Shown: piece by piece, positions 1-9,556 of the stretch
How the letters are laid out: every line of letters starts with the position of its first letter
Position numbering within the stretch: the first letter of the stretch is position 1
Sequence record: SRR22947727_5198
Length of the DNA stretch: 34,825 nucleotides
Direction: 5' to 3' (one strand)
Position numbers and translations under genes: made by a program
The notes under the pieces: generated by a model
Databases searched by the model: none
Seen by the model: only the letters and a program-made list of their open reading frames with translations
Told to the model about the DNA's origin: nothing

Positions 1-1105
1 AGAGAGCCTCAAGAACCAACAGCGGTGGCGAATTGTGCGCAATCCTCTCGCGAGCCTCGCGGACAGCATCCAAACCTGCCAGTGTCATCTCCGGTGTGCT
101 GGACTGGGCCTTCGCCGTGATGGCGGGACCATGGGACACATTAATAGGATCTACGCCGGCCTGAACCTGAACCATCAGAACATCACGCAGAACAGACATA
201 ACATCGACCATGATGCGATCCAGCGCATCTCGAAGGGTGCGAGTTTTTCTGCGCTTTTGGTCATCCTCAAGACTCTTGAGTTGAGATCGCAACGCACTGG
301 GCACCGCTCCCCCCGGGGCAACACCCAAGGAAGTGAGCAACGCATCTCGCTCTTCCTGATCGGTGCGCTCACCCAAAGCCTTCGCGTCCTCACCGGCAAT
401 TTCGAGCAACGAAGCGGCGACACCGACCGCTCCTGAAACGCTCGCAACACCCAGCACCAGCTCGATGGATGCGGCTCGGCGCGACCGAGCTGCCTCATCC
501 GTCGCGAGTCGCGTCGCCATTCCAATGTGGCTTTGAGCTTCCGTGGCCGCCACCAGAGCGAGATCAGCATCGAGACCTTCTCGTGCAGCAATGAGGTTTG
601 CCACGTCGGTTGCGCCAGGAACCTTCAGCACAACACTGCGTGTTCTGGAGCGAATGGTCGGCAAGACATCAGCAGTCGACGGAGCACACAAAATCCACAC
701 CGTCTGCGGTGGTGGCTCCTCCAGAGCTTTCAACAGAACATTCGAGGTTCGCTCGGTCATACGATCGGCGTCCTCAATCACCACCACGCGATAGTTCGAC
801 GCGGAGGGCGAGAAGTAGGAGAAGGCAACGAGAGAGCGAACCTCCTCGATCGTGATGGTGACTTTGTTCGTCGAGAGGATGGAGACATCCGGGTGCGCAC
901 CGGCGATGACCTGGCGCCATGCCGCTTCGCTCTCACCTGCGCCAACCAGCTCTGCCGCAAACGCGTGGGCGAGAGTCGAGCGACCCGAGCCGGGAGGGCC
1001 TGTAACGAGCCAGGCATGGGTCATGGCGTGGGAGCCGGGAACTGCCGCGGCTTTCATTTGGGCGATGGCTGGCTCTTGGCCTACCAAGTCATCCCAGAGC
1101 GTCAT
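1..1105 (-). CDS. holB: DNA polymerase III subunit delta' (3' end just outside window)
   Basis: Not in the ORF track; translated by hand from ATG at 1105: MTLWDDLVGQEPAIAQMKAAAVPGSHAMTHAWLVTGPPGSGRS..., ending ...NSPPLLVLEAL at the window edge. Lies directly after tmk, as usual in actinobacteria. Confidence 0.93.
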   Translation of the reverse strand, partial: MTLWDDLVGQEPAIAQMKAAAVPGSHAMTHAWLVTGPPGSGRSTLAHAFAAELVGAGESEAAWRQVIAGAHPDVSILSTNKVTITIEEVRSLVAFSYFSPSASNYRVVVIEDADRMTERTSNVLLKALEEPPPQTVWILCAPSTADVLPTIRSRTRSVVLKVPGATDVANLIAAREGLDADLALVAATEAQSHIGMATRLATDEAARSRRAASIELVLGVASVSGAVGVAASLLEIAGEDAKALGERTDQEERDALLTSLGVAPGGAVPSALRSQLKSLEDDQKRRKTRTLRDALDRIMVDVMSVLRDVLMVQVQAGVDPINVSHGPAITAKAQSSTPEMTLAGLDAVREARERIAHNSPPLLVLEAL

Positions 1106-1114
1106 GCCCTAAGG

Positions 1115-1735
1115 CTATCCAAGGAGGTCTGACACCTTGGCGATGATGCTGTGGTGGATCTCTTCGATTGGCAGTTCACCATTCACCACCAAGAAACGCT
1201 CGGGCTCGGCTGCGGCTAGCGAGAGGTAGCTCTCTCGAACCCGGGTGTGGAAATCTTCGGCTTCGGCTTCAAGCCGGTCGTACTCTCGCTCGGTTTGAGC
1301 TTGACGAGCTTTCGCCACAGAGGCTGGAACATCGAGCAACACCGTGAGGTTAGGCATAAGGCGCTCCGTTGCCCAGAGCGAGAGTTCACGAACTTCCTCG
1401 GGGTCCAACACCCGACCGGCACCTTGGTAGGCGACTGAGGAGTCCAGGTAGCGATCTTGGACCACCACCTCACCGCGCTCCAGTGCTGGGCGAACAAGAC
1501 TGTGGATGTGGTGGGAACGATCTGCCGCATAGAGCAGTGCTTCCGCACGAGGAGCGATGAAGCCTTTGCGGTGCAACACAATGTTGCGAAGCTCAACACC
1601 GAGATCGGTACCCCCGGGCTCCCTGGTCAATACGACGGTCTGGCCTTGGGATTCAAGCCACGTCGCCAGAAGGTTGATCTGGGTCGTTTTCCCCGACCCG
1701 TCTCCCCCCTCGAAGGTGATGAACAGCCCAGTCAT
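1115..1735 (-). CDS. tmk: Thymidylate kinase (dTMP kinase)
   Basis: FITFEGGDGSGKTTQ P-loop, TREPGGT and DRY..SS.AYQG motifs. Confidence 0.97.
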   Translation of the reverse strand: MTGLFITFEGGDGSGKTTQINLLATWLESQGQTVVLTREPGGTDLGVELRNIVLHRKGFIAPRAEALLYAADRSHHIHSLVRPALERGEVVVQDRYLDSSVAYQGAGRVLDPEEVRELSLWATERLMPNLTVLLDVPASVAKARQAQTEREYDRLEAEAEDFHTRVRESYLSLAAAEPERFLVVNGELPIEEIHHSIIAKVSDLLG

Positions 1736-1737
1736 CG

Positions 1738-4527
1738 TTAGTCCTCGTCTCGAATCTCTACCGTCTTCGGGGTCTTAGACGAGGGATTCCCTGACTTGGA
1801 TGCCGGCGCTTTCTTCTTCGCCACAGTTTTTGTTGCCGTCTTCTTCGCCGCAGGCTTCTTCTTGGCGGGGGCTTTCTTCTTCGCTGTCCGCTTGGGGGCA
1901 GGCCCCTTGGCGCGCTTATCCGCGATCAACTGAACGGCTGCCTCGAAATCGAGGTCATCCAGGGACATTCCTCGAGGCACCGTGGCGTTGATTTCGCCAT
2001 CGGTCACATAGGGGCCAAAGCGACCATCCTTGAGAAGAATCGGCTTACCGCTCACGGGATCAGCCTCGAAAGTTTTCAACGCTGACGCTTGACGACGACC
2101 ACCGTATTTGGGCTCTGCGTAACGCTGGAGAGCACCCTCCACATCAATCTCGAAGATCTTCTCTTCACTATCGAGCGACCGGGTGTCTGTTCCCTTCTTC
2201 AGGTAGGGACCATAGCGACCGTTCTGAGCGGTGATCATGTCGCCCGATTCTGGGTCAACACCAACCTCTCGAGGAAGCGCGAGGAGACGCAAGGCGGTCT
2301 CCAAATCGATGGTCTCGATCTCCATTGACTGGAACAGTGATGCTGTCTTGGGTTTGGGCGCAGTCGCCTTTTTCTTTTTCGGCGCATCCTCGGCGGGAGC
2401 CTCAGGCTCGGGCAGAACCTCGGTCACATACGGGCCAAAACGGCCCTTCTTGGCCACAATCTCGAGACCGGTGGCGGAGTCAACTCCCAACACACGGTCC
2501 ACCACAGGAGGCTCATCGGCAATCTGCTGGGCCTTCTCGGGAGTGAGCTCATCGGGGGCTAACTCGAGTGGCAAATTGACGTTCTTGACTTCACCAGTGT
2601 CCGGATCCGTCACTTCCAGGAATGGACCGTACTTTCCGACCCGGAGGTTGATAGTCGGGCTGATCTCAAGAGTGTTGAGGGCTCTCGCGTCAATTTCATC
2701 TGTTGCCGCAAGCGCCACCTCTTTGAGGCCTCGGTGCTCGCCATCGCCAAAGTAGAACTTGTGCAGCCACTCGCCGCGCTGGGTTTCACCACGCGCAATG
2801 CGGTCGAGGTCTTCTTCCAGTTGAGCGGTGAAGTCGTAGTCCACGAGGTCGGAGAAGCGCTCCTGGAGGAGACGCGTGACAGGGAATGCGATCCACTGGG
2901 GGACAAGAGCCGTTCCACGGCGTACGACATAGTTGCGGTCGATAATCACCTGAATGATCGAGGCGTAGGTGGAGGGGCGACCGATGCCTTTCTCCTCTAG
3001 CGCCTTCACCAAACTCGCTTCGGTGTATCGAGCGGGAGGTTGAGTGTTGTGTGATTTTGCCTCCACCTCCGAAATGGTGATGGGGTCCCCCACGCTGAGG
3101 GGAGGCAAGATCGCGTCGGCTTCTTTTTCTGGCTCAGCGGTCTCGTCGTCTTTGCTCTCCTGGTATGCCTGGAGGAATCCACGCTCACTCAGGATTGTTC
3201 CTGATGCACTCAGGGTGGCTTTCTGGAAACTCACACCCTCCATCGAAGGAAGTGGCTGAGCTTCGATGGTGATGGAGACAGTTTCACCCTTGGCGTCCAC
3301 CATTTGGCTTGCCACCGTGCGCTTCCAAATCAGGTCATACAGCTTGAGTTCATCTGAGCGCAGAACCGAGGCGAGTTCACTGGGAGAGGCGAAGGTATCC
3401 CCCGCGGGTCGCACCGCTTCGTGGGCTTCTTGGGAGTTCTTGGACTTGCCTTTATACAGGCGGGGTTCGCTCGGCACAGATCCCGCGCCATAGAGAGCCT
3501 GTGCTGCGGCCCTGGCCGCGGTGATGGCCTGCGCGGACAGCGACACCGAGTCGGTACGCATATACGTGATATGACCGTTCTCATACAGACCCTGGGCAAT
3601 ACTCATCGTCTGTGACGCGGAATACCGAAGCTTTCGTCCTGCTTCTTGCTGGAGAGTGGAGGTGGTGAAAGGCGCTGCGGGCCGTCTCGTGTAAGGCTTC
3701 GGCTCCACTTTGGTGACCTTGGGGGACGCCTCCGGCGATTCCAGCACGGCAGCAACAGCTGCAGCTTCTGCTTCGCCGAGGAGCACAGCATCTCCCTCGA
3801 GCACACCGAGATCACTGAAGTCTCGACCACTAGCCACTCGACGGTCGTCCAACCTGGTGAGACTGACGGCAAAGCTCTCGCCCGACGCTTTATGTCCCGT
3901 GGCATCAATGTCCGCGTAGGTCGCAGAGACGAAAGCGCGCCGTTCAAGTTCGCGATCGACAATCAGTTTGAGGGCTGGGGATTGCACACGCCCCGCTGAT
4001 TTAGCTCCGCTGACACGACGCCATAGGACAGGCGACACTTCGAAACCGTACAAACGGTCAAGAATTCGGCGAGTTTCTTGGGCGTCCACCAGAGCAACGT
4101 CCAAGTCTCTGGTGGAATCTGAGGCCTTCTGAATACTCTCCGGTGTGATCTCGTGGAACACCATCCGGCGGACAGGAACCTTGGGCTTCAGCACCTCCAG
4201 AAGGTGCCACGCGATGGCCTCACCCTCGCGGTCCTCATCTGTCGCGAGCAGAATCTCGGAAGCATTCTTGGCGGCGCGTTTCAAATCCGCGACCGTCTTC
4301 TTGCCTCGATCGGTCGTCACATAGAACGGCTCGAAATCATTCTCAATATCAATCGCAAATTTTCCTGCGGGGCTCTTTTTCACCTCGGGGGGAAGATCGC
4401 GGGGGTGCGCGAGGTCTCGCACGTGACCCACAGAGGCCATCACCTCATAGTCATCGCCCAAGTACTTACCAATGGTTTTTGCCTTGGCAGGGGACTCGAC
4501 AATGACGAGTTTCTTAGTGGTGGCCAC
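1738..4527 (-). CDS. topA: DNA topoisomerase I (type IA), actinobacterial form with Lys/Ala-rich C-terminal tail
   Basis: LVIVESPAKAKTI, ATDEDREGEAI, SAGRVQS, HITYMRTDS (catalytic Tyr) and repeated G(R/K)(F/Y)GP(Y/F) C-terminal modules. Start moved to GTG 4527, which follows AAGGAG. Confidence 0.97.
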   Translation of the reverse strand: MATTKKLVIVESPAKAKTIGKYLGDDYEVMASVGHVRDLAHPRDLPPEVKKSPAGKFAIDIENDFEPFYVTTDRGKKTVADLKRAAKNASEILLATDEDREGEAIAWHLLEVLKPKVPVRRMVFHEITPESIQKASDSTRDLDVALVDAQETRRILDRLYGFEVSPVLWRRVSGAKSAGRVQSPALKLIVDRELERRAFVSATYADIDATGHKASGESFAVSLTRLDDRRVASGRDFSDLGVLEGDAVLLGEAEAAAVAAVLESPEASPKVTKVEPKPYTRRPAAPFTTSTLQQEAGRKLRYSASQTMSIAQGLYENGHITYMRTDSVSLSAQAITAARAAAQALYGAGSVPSEPRLYKGKSKNSQEAHEAVRPAGDTFASPSELASVLRSDELKLYDLIWKRTVASQMVDAKGETVSITIEAQPLPSMEGVSFQKATLSASGTILSERGFLQAYQESKDDETAEPEKEADAILPPLSVGDPITISEVEAKSHNTQPPARYTEASLVKALEEKGIGRPSTYASIIQVIIDRNYVVRRGTALVPQWIAFPVTRLLQERFSDLVDYDFTAQLEEDLDRIARGETQRGEWLHKFYFGDGEHRGLKEVALAATDEIDARALNTLEISPTINLRVGKYGPFLEVTDPDTGEVKNVNLPLELAPDELTPEKAQQIADEPPVVDRVLGVDSATGLEIVAKKGRFGPYVTEVLPEPEAPAEDAPKKKKATAPKPKTASLFQSMEIETIDLETALRLLALPREVGVDPESGDMITAQNGRYGPYLKKGTDTRSLDSEEKIFEIDVEGALQRYAEPKYGGRRQASALKTFEADPVSGKPILLKDGRFGPYVTDGEINATVPRGMSLDDLDFEAAVQLIADKRAKGPAPKRTAKKKAPAKKKPAAKKTATKTVAKKKAPASKSGNPSSKTPKTVEIRDED

Positions 4528-4629
4528 GCTTCTCCTTGCACCCACGCTCATACCCTCTGATGCCAGAAGGCTCGAGCAGTGTTTCCCATGAGAGGGAAAA
4601 TCTCAACGGGGCTCACGATACACAACAAT

Positions 4630-4971
4630 TTATTTCTCGCCACTATCCGCGACTCCAGCCCTCGCTGTGGCGAGCGCTGTGTGAATCCCCTTACTCAGCC
4701 GACCCTGGACCACCACGGACTGCTCGTGTTCATCGCACAACACCATGGTTGCTCCTGCCTGAACAAGAATTTGTCGGGCCAGTGAACAGGGCTCTCCGGG
4801 GGTAACACCTCGAGAAACATCCGCGGCGGCAAGCGCTGCCGCATCTACTGCATTACCTATCTGGTGCTGAAGAATCACCCCCGACCCCACCCCCAGCGCG
4901 ACGCTCCCCAGAATGACGATCGCGCAGGCGGAACCCGCAAGCGCCATTGTCGCGCTACCGCGCTGATTCAT
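4630..4971 (-). CDS. TadE/TadG-like minor pilin (Rv3654c family)
   Basis: QRG|SAT prepilin-like N-terminus, hydrophobic helix, AVDAAALAAAD motif, two Cys and a C-terminal ARAG. Confidence 0.8.
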   Translation of the reverse strand: MNQRGSATMALAGSACAIVILGSVALGVGSGVILQHQIGNAVDAAALAAADVSRGVTPGEPCSLARQILVQAGATMVLCDEHEQSVVVQGRLSKGIHTALATARAGVADSGEK

Positions 4972-5288
4972 CCTTCTCGCGAAGGGGAAATGGGGTTGAG
5001 AGCACAGGACCTAGCGCTCAACACGAGCGGATCCAGTGCCCACAATCCCCGGTCCAGAATGTGGTGCGCTTCCACACAGAGCAGATCGCCCTCCTCGATG
5101 ACCCCCTCCACGTCTCCACCGAGCGATGCATAACGCGCCTGCAGGGAGACATCATCCTCCAGGCGCAGTTGGGTGGCACCCGCTTGGACTCCGAGCAGGG
5201 CGACGCCGATCACCGCGGTGAGAATCGGGAGCCCAATCATCATTTCCGCGGTGATCGCGCCACGCTCACCCGGTGAAGGTGAGTGCAC
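4968..5288 (-). CDS. TadE-like minor pilin (Rv3655c-like)
   Basis: ERG|AITAE class III signal-like motif followed by a hydrophobic helix; stop overlaps the next start. Confidence 0.75.
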   Translation of the reverse strand: MHSPSPGERGAITAEMMIGLPILTAVIGVALLGVQAGATQLRLEDDVSLQARYASLGGDVEGVIEEGDLLCVEAHHILDRGLWALDPLVLSARSCALNPISPSREG

Positions 5289-5442
5289 TGCGCACCAGGT
5301 CCGTCAATATTTGGCGCACTTCGTCGCTGCGCATAATCACCACCAGCAAGCCGGCGAATCCCACTGCTGCCATCGTGGCGATGGCGTATTCCGCTGTCGC
5401 CGCTCCCTCGTCATCCTCGAGGTGTGTCTCTGTTGTCTTCAT
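5266..5442 (-). CDS. Flp-like major pilin (DUF4244 / Rv3656c family), 58 aa
   Basis: MKTTETHLEDDEG|AATAEYAIATMAAVGFAGLLVVIMRSDEVR; AAGGAG precedes ATG 5442. Confidence 0.88.
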   Translation of the reverse strand: MKTTETHLEDDEGAATAEYAIATMAAVGFAGLLVVIMRSDEVRQILTDLVRSALTFTG

Positions 5443-5487
5443 GCTGACTCCTTGTGTTTTCCGCGTGGCCAGGTGGCCATCGCGGAC

Positions 5488-5505
5488 ACAGTGACAGGTC
5501 AACAG
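5488..5505 (-). promoter_or_regulatory. Tad-locus promoter motif, copy upstream of the pilin gene
   Basis: Minus strand CTGTTGACCTGTCACTGT; 15/18 identical to the copy at 7449-7466. Confidence 0.5.
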
Positions 5506-5566
5506 GGAGGTACCGAACCTTTTCTCCCCTCATCAGAAACTCTCCGGCAACGGCGGGCTGGGGACA

Positions 5567-6496
5567 TCACAGCGTCAGCCCACCGGTGCCAATGCTCCAC
5601 GCCACAGGGAACACCGCAATCAGGACAAAAGCAGGGAGCACCAGGAGCCCAAGAGGCAGCACCAAATGGACGGACAGTGCCCCTACCGCGCGGGTTGCCT
5701 CTGTCGCCTCCACATCACGATCGTGGTTGACCTGCGCTCTAGCCAGGGTTGCAATCGGAACCCCCGCTCTCCGGGAGAGAGCAATCAAATCCTCCAACTC
5801 ACCAGTGACTGGAGCCTGGAGGCCCCAGTCACTCATCACACGATCGACCTCAACAAGAGCTTTCTGGGGATTCACTCCCCCGCCCAATGCCACCAGAAAC
5901 AAATCGGTGCGCGGCGAGGGTGGAATTCTCTTCTTTATCACCCGCTGGACCATAAGACGCATCCACCACCAGGCAAGACCTAAACAGAGCAATCCGGCCG
6001 CAAGAGCCACTCGACCCGGGGTGGTTCCCACCAAGACAGTCAGAGTGTCTACTCCGCCCAGGGTGCCGCCCACAAGAGCGAACACTGGCAACAAACCCAC
6101 CAGACGCAGGGTTGCCTTCGGAGCCGCCAACTCTGCATCCACCTGACGTGATGTTCGGTCCTGATCCCGCATTCCCTCTGCCAAGGAAGTCAGTGCCGGC
6201 CCCAGAGGAGCGCCCGATACCCGCGCAATCTCCCACGCTGCACCGAGGGTTCTCCAAGCCGGTGATTGGTCACGGGTGGATGCTCTGATCGCGTCCGCAA
6301 GAAGCTGGCCTTGGCGTCGCCGCTGCCAGATCTGGCCGGGAATACTCTCGAGTCCCCTCCGTGTTGATATTTCCTCCCAGGCGCGATCCGGAGTGAGGCC
6401 AGCGCCCAGCAGCACAGCGAGCTCTAAGAGAGCCCACTGCGGCTCTTCGGGTTTTTGAGCTTTAGCTCCCCACGATCTCCTCAATACTGAGCTCAC
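5567..6496 (-). CDS. Tad inner-membrane platform protein (T2SS F family; TadB domain plus TadC-like C-terminus)
   Basis: LAVLLGAGL.P..AW, AW.IA..SGAPL..AL and ELAAPKAT motifs, then a C-terminal LVLPLGLLVLPAFVLIAVFP typical of TadC. Start uncertain. Confidence 0.8.
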   Translation of the reverse strand: MSSVLRRSWGAKAQKPEEPQWALLELAVLLGAGLTPDRAWEEISTRRGLESIPGQIWQRRRQGQLLADAIRASTRDQSPAWRTLGAAWEIARVSGAPLGPALTSLAEGMRDQDRTSRQVDAELAAPKATLRLVGLLPVFALVGGTLGGVDTLTVLVGTTPGRVALAAGLLCLGLAWWWMRLMVQRVIKKRIPPSPRTDLFLVALGGGVNPQKALVEVDRVMSDWGLQAPVTGELEDLIALSRRAGVPIATLARAQVNHDRDVEATEATRAVGALSVHLVLPLGLLVLPAFVLIAVFPVAWSIGTGGLTL

Positions 6497-7442
6497 CTCC
6501 CGAGGTGAGGACGGGGGTCCCGATTCGCAGGCTCCGCACTCCTCGCTCACGACGCTCTATATGGATGACGCGGTGGATGGCGCCCATGACCTGGGACGCA
6601 AGAACCCTGGGACTCATGCCGGCAAGCGCCCCCAGACCCTCCAACCGGGCGGGAACATCGTGGAGAGAGGAGGCGTGGAGGGTGGCTCCGCCACCAGGGT
6701 GCCCGGTGTGAAAAGCCTGCAGCACGTCCGCGATTTCAGCACCACGAATCTCGCCGATAATCAGCCGTGAGGGCCTCATGCGCAGCGACTCCCGGACCAA
6801 CCGGGTGAGGGTGATTTCCCCGGCGCCCTCAAGATTTGCTTGCCGGCACTCCAAAGACACCACGTGGGGGTGATTCAGAGTGATCTCCTGTACCTCCTCG
6901 AGTACTACGAGTCGCTCGACTGGAGTGGCATACGCCATGGCCGCTCCGAGCAGTGTTGTCTTTCCACTTCCGGTGGCACCGGATATCAGCAACGTCTGTC
7001 GTTGTTCCACTGCCGCCACCACCAGCGGAATTACCCGATCAGGGTCGGCGAGGTCCAGCCTGGTCAGCTCGGGTGCACGGTGTCTGGACACCCTGAGGGA
7101 AATCTCTGGACCCCTGGTGGCAACTGGAGGAAGCGTCACATGAACGCGTAGCCCACCCTCCAGTGACACATCAACCAGGGGCTGTGCCTCATCAACGTGT
7201 CGCCCCCCGGACTCGATGAGGCCCCTTGCAATATCGAGAGCGTGAGTGGCGCTGAGGTGGAGGCCCTCCGCGAGGTATGTTCCACTGCCGGTGTCGACAT
7301 ACACCTGACCTCCCCCGAGGACGAACACATCATTCACGCGAGGGTCTTCCACGAGAGTCGCCAGAGGTCCCAACGCGCGCCTAGTCTCACCCGTGATGCC
7401 TCCTGGGCACGGGGTCGGAACCAGCCAGGGGACACCTGTCAT
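6462..7442 (-). CDS. tadA: TadA/CpaF pilus assembly ATPase
   Basis: Walker A GATGSGKTT, SLRMRPSRLIIGEIRGAE and HTGH.GG.ATLHA motifs; probable leaderless ATG at 7442. Confidence 0.92.
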   Translation of the reverse strand: MTGVPWLVPTPCPGGITGETRRALGPLATLVEDPRVNDVFVLGGGQVYVDTGSGTYLAEGLHLSATHALDIARGLIESGGRHVDEAQPLVDVSLEGGLRVHVTLPPVATRGPEISLRVSRHRAPELTRLDLADPDRVIPLVVAAVEQRQTLLISGATGSGKTTLLGAAMAYATPVERLVVLEEVQEITLNHPHVVSLECRQANLEGAGEITLTRLVRESLRMRPSRLIIGEIRGAEIADVLQAFHTGHPGGGATLHASSLHDVPARLEGLGALAGMSPRVLASQVMGAIHRVIHIERRERGVRSLRIGTPVLTSGGELSIEEIVGS

Positions 7443-7448
7443 CGCCCC

Positions 7449-7466
7449 AGGGTGACAGGTCACCAG
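7449..7466 (-). promoter_or_regulatory. Tad-locus promoter motif, copy upstream of tadA
   Basis: Minus strand CTGGTGACCTGTCACCCT contains the palindrome GGTGAC-N2-GTCACC and ends in a CAnnnT -10-like hexamer 6 nt before the ATG. Confidence 0.55.
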
Positions 7467-7600
7467 AGCGCATGGGGAGGGGAGGGTGCACCCTGTGGAA
7501 AACCCTCGTTACACCGAAAGGCTGGCCTGTTCTACACTGGGCGAGTCGGTGTTCGCCTCGCGCCTCCAGGCAGCGCGACCCGGAAGCACAAAGGATAATG

Positions 7601-9556
7601 ATGTCCGAATCTCAAAAAATTGACAGCCTTCTCCGCGAAGAGCGTCGTTTTCCCCCTAGCCCAGAGTTCCAGAAAAACGCCATCGCGGGAGCTGACCTGT
7701 ATGAGCAGGCGGGTGCTGACCGGCTAGGTTTCTGGGCCACCCAATCGAGGGAACTCCTGCACTGGCATAAACCCTTCACCGAGGTTCTTGACTGGTCGAA
7801 TCCGCCGTTCGCGAAGTGGTTTGCTGACGGTCACCTCAATGTGTCCTACAACTGTCTTGATCGCCATGTCCTCGAAGGGCGTGGTGACCGCGTTGCCCTG
7901 CATTTCGAAGGCGAACCTGGTGACACCCGCTCTCTGACCTACGCGGAACTGACCGCGGAAGTCAAGAAAGCCGCCAATCTGCTCACCAGTTTGGGGCTCG
8001 GCCAAGGTGACCGGGTCATTATCTATATGCCCCTCGTCCCCGAAGCCATCATCGCGATGCTGGCGGTTGCCCGCCTGGGTGCTATTCACTCGGTGGTCTT
8101 TGGTGGGTTCAGCGCGGAGAGTCTTCGCGCACGAATTGATGATGCACAGGCGTCCATGGTCATCACCGCCGATGGTGGCCACCGAAAAGGGTCCGTTTTT
8201 GCTCTGAAGACTGCGGTCGATCAAGCTCTTGAGGACGGTGCTACCAGTGTCGAGAAAGTTCTCGTCGTCCAGCGCGGCGGTAACGACGTGGACTGGGTTC
8301 AAGGTCGTGACCTGTGGTGGCACGAGGAGATGGCTCCGATGGTCGCCGACCACGAGGCGAAGCCCTTCGAGGCAGAGAACCCACTGTTCATCCTCTACAC
8401 GTCAGGAACCACCGGGAAGCCCAAGGGAATCCTGCACACCTCTGGGGGATACCTCACTCAGGCAGCCTTCACGCATAAGAACGTCTTTGATCTCCACCCA
8501 GAGACGGACGTTTACTGGTGCACAGCAGACATTGGCTGGATTACCGGGCACAGCTATGTCGTCTATGGCCCACTGGCCAATGGCGCAACTCAGGTCATCT
8601 ATGAGGGAACACCGGACACCCCACACCCTGGACGCTGGTGGGAGATTATCGAGAAGTACGAGGTGACCATCTTCTATACGGCCCCGACAGCGATTCGCAC
8701 CTTTATGAAGTTGGGACGTGAGATCCCGCAGAAGTTCGATCTCTCCAGCCTGCGAGTGCTCGGTACCGTGGGGGAACCCATCAACCCGGAGGCGTGGATG
8801 TGGTACCGGGAGGTCATCGGTGGCAACACCACCCCGATCGTGGATACCTGGTGGCAGACCGAAACCGGCGCCATCATGATTTCCGCCCTTCCCGGGGTCA
8901 CCACCACAAAACCCGGCAGTGCGCAGGTTCCTCTGCCTGGTGTCTCGATCGATGTTCTGACCGAGGACGGGCAGCAGGTCGGCCCTGAAGGGGGCGGCCT
9001 GCTTGTCATCACGGAACCGTGGCCCTCGATGTTGCGAGGGATTTGGGGAGACGACGAGAGGTTCAAGGAAACCTACTGGTCGATGTTCGGCGATCGCTAC
9101 TTCGCGGGCGACGGAGCGCACCTCGATAAGGACAATGACGTCTGGCTACTCGGTCGAGTCGATGACGTCATGAACATTTCCGGGCACCGATTGTCCACCA
9201 TGGAAATCGAATCCGCCCTTGTCGCACACCCGATGACCGCCGAAGCAGCTGTCGTCGGCGCGAGCGATGACACCACCGGTCAGGCCGTGGTCGCCTTTGT
9301 GATCTTGAAGTCACGGTTTGTCGGCACCCTCAGCGATGAGGAGGTCACCGCACAACTGCGGGACTGGGTGGCGCAGCAAATCGGAGCGATCGCGAAACCA
9401 CGAACGGTCTTTGTGGTCGCAGAGCTCCCCAAGACTCGCTCGGGCAAAATCATGCGGCGCTTGCTGCGTGACATCGCGGAAGGTCGTGAGGTCGGTGACA
9501 CCACCACCCTCACCGACACCTCCGTGATTCGCGTCATCAGTGACGGGCTGAAGTAG
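7601..9556 (+). CDS. acs: Acetyl-CoA synthetase (acetate--CoA ligase)
   Basis: YTSGTTGKPKG AMP-binding loop, DTWWQTETG and LPKTRSGKIMRRLL; AAGGA 5 nt before ATG 7601. Confidence 0.97.
   Translation: MSESQKIDSLLREERRFPPSPEFQKNAIAGADLYEQAGADRLGFWATQSRELLHWHKPFTEVLDWSNPPFAKWFADGHLNVSYNCLDRHVLEGRGDRVALHFEGEPGDTRSLTYAELTAEVKKAANLLTSLGLGQGDRVIIYMPLVPEAIIAMLAVARLGAIHSVVFGGFSAESLRARIDDAQASMVITADGGHRKGSVFALKTAVDQALEDGATSVEKVLVVQRGGNDVDWVQGRDLWWHEEMAPMVADHEAKPFEAENPLFILYTSGTTGKPKGILHTSGGYLTQAAFTHKNVFDLHPETDVYWCTADIGWITGHSYVVYGPLANGATQVIYEGTPDTPHPGRWWEIIEKYEVTIFYTAPTAIRTFMKLGREIPQKFDLSSLRVLGTVGEPINPEAWMWYREVIGGNTTPIVDTWWQTETGAIMISALPGVTTTKPGSAQVPLPGVSIDVLTEDGQQVGPEGGGLLVITEPWPSMLRGIWGDDERFKETYWSMFGDRYFAGDGAHLDKDNDVWLLGRVDDVMNISGHRLSTMEIESALVAHPMTAEAAVVGASDDTTGQAVVAFVILKSRFVGTLSDEEVTAQLRDWVAQQIGAIAKPRTVFVVAELPKTRSGKIMRRLLRDIAEGREVGDTTTLTDTSVIRVISDGLK

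Noticed and set aside
35-1132. ORF-track calls 35..436, 175..591, 527..1132 and others
   Set aside because: Shadow frames of holB, which the track missed because its stop lies outside the window
1790-1900. Repetitive KKKAPA/KKTA-encoding DNA
   Set aside because: Known Lys/Ala-rich tail of actinobacterial TopA, not a repeat element
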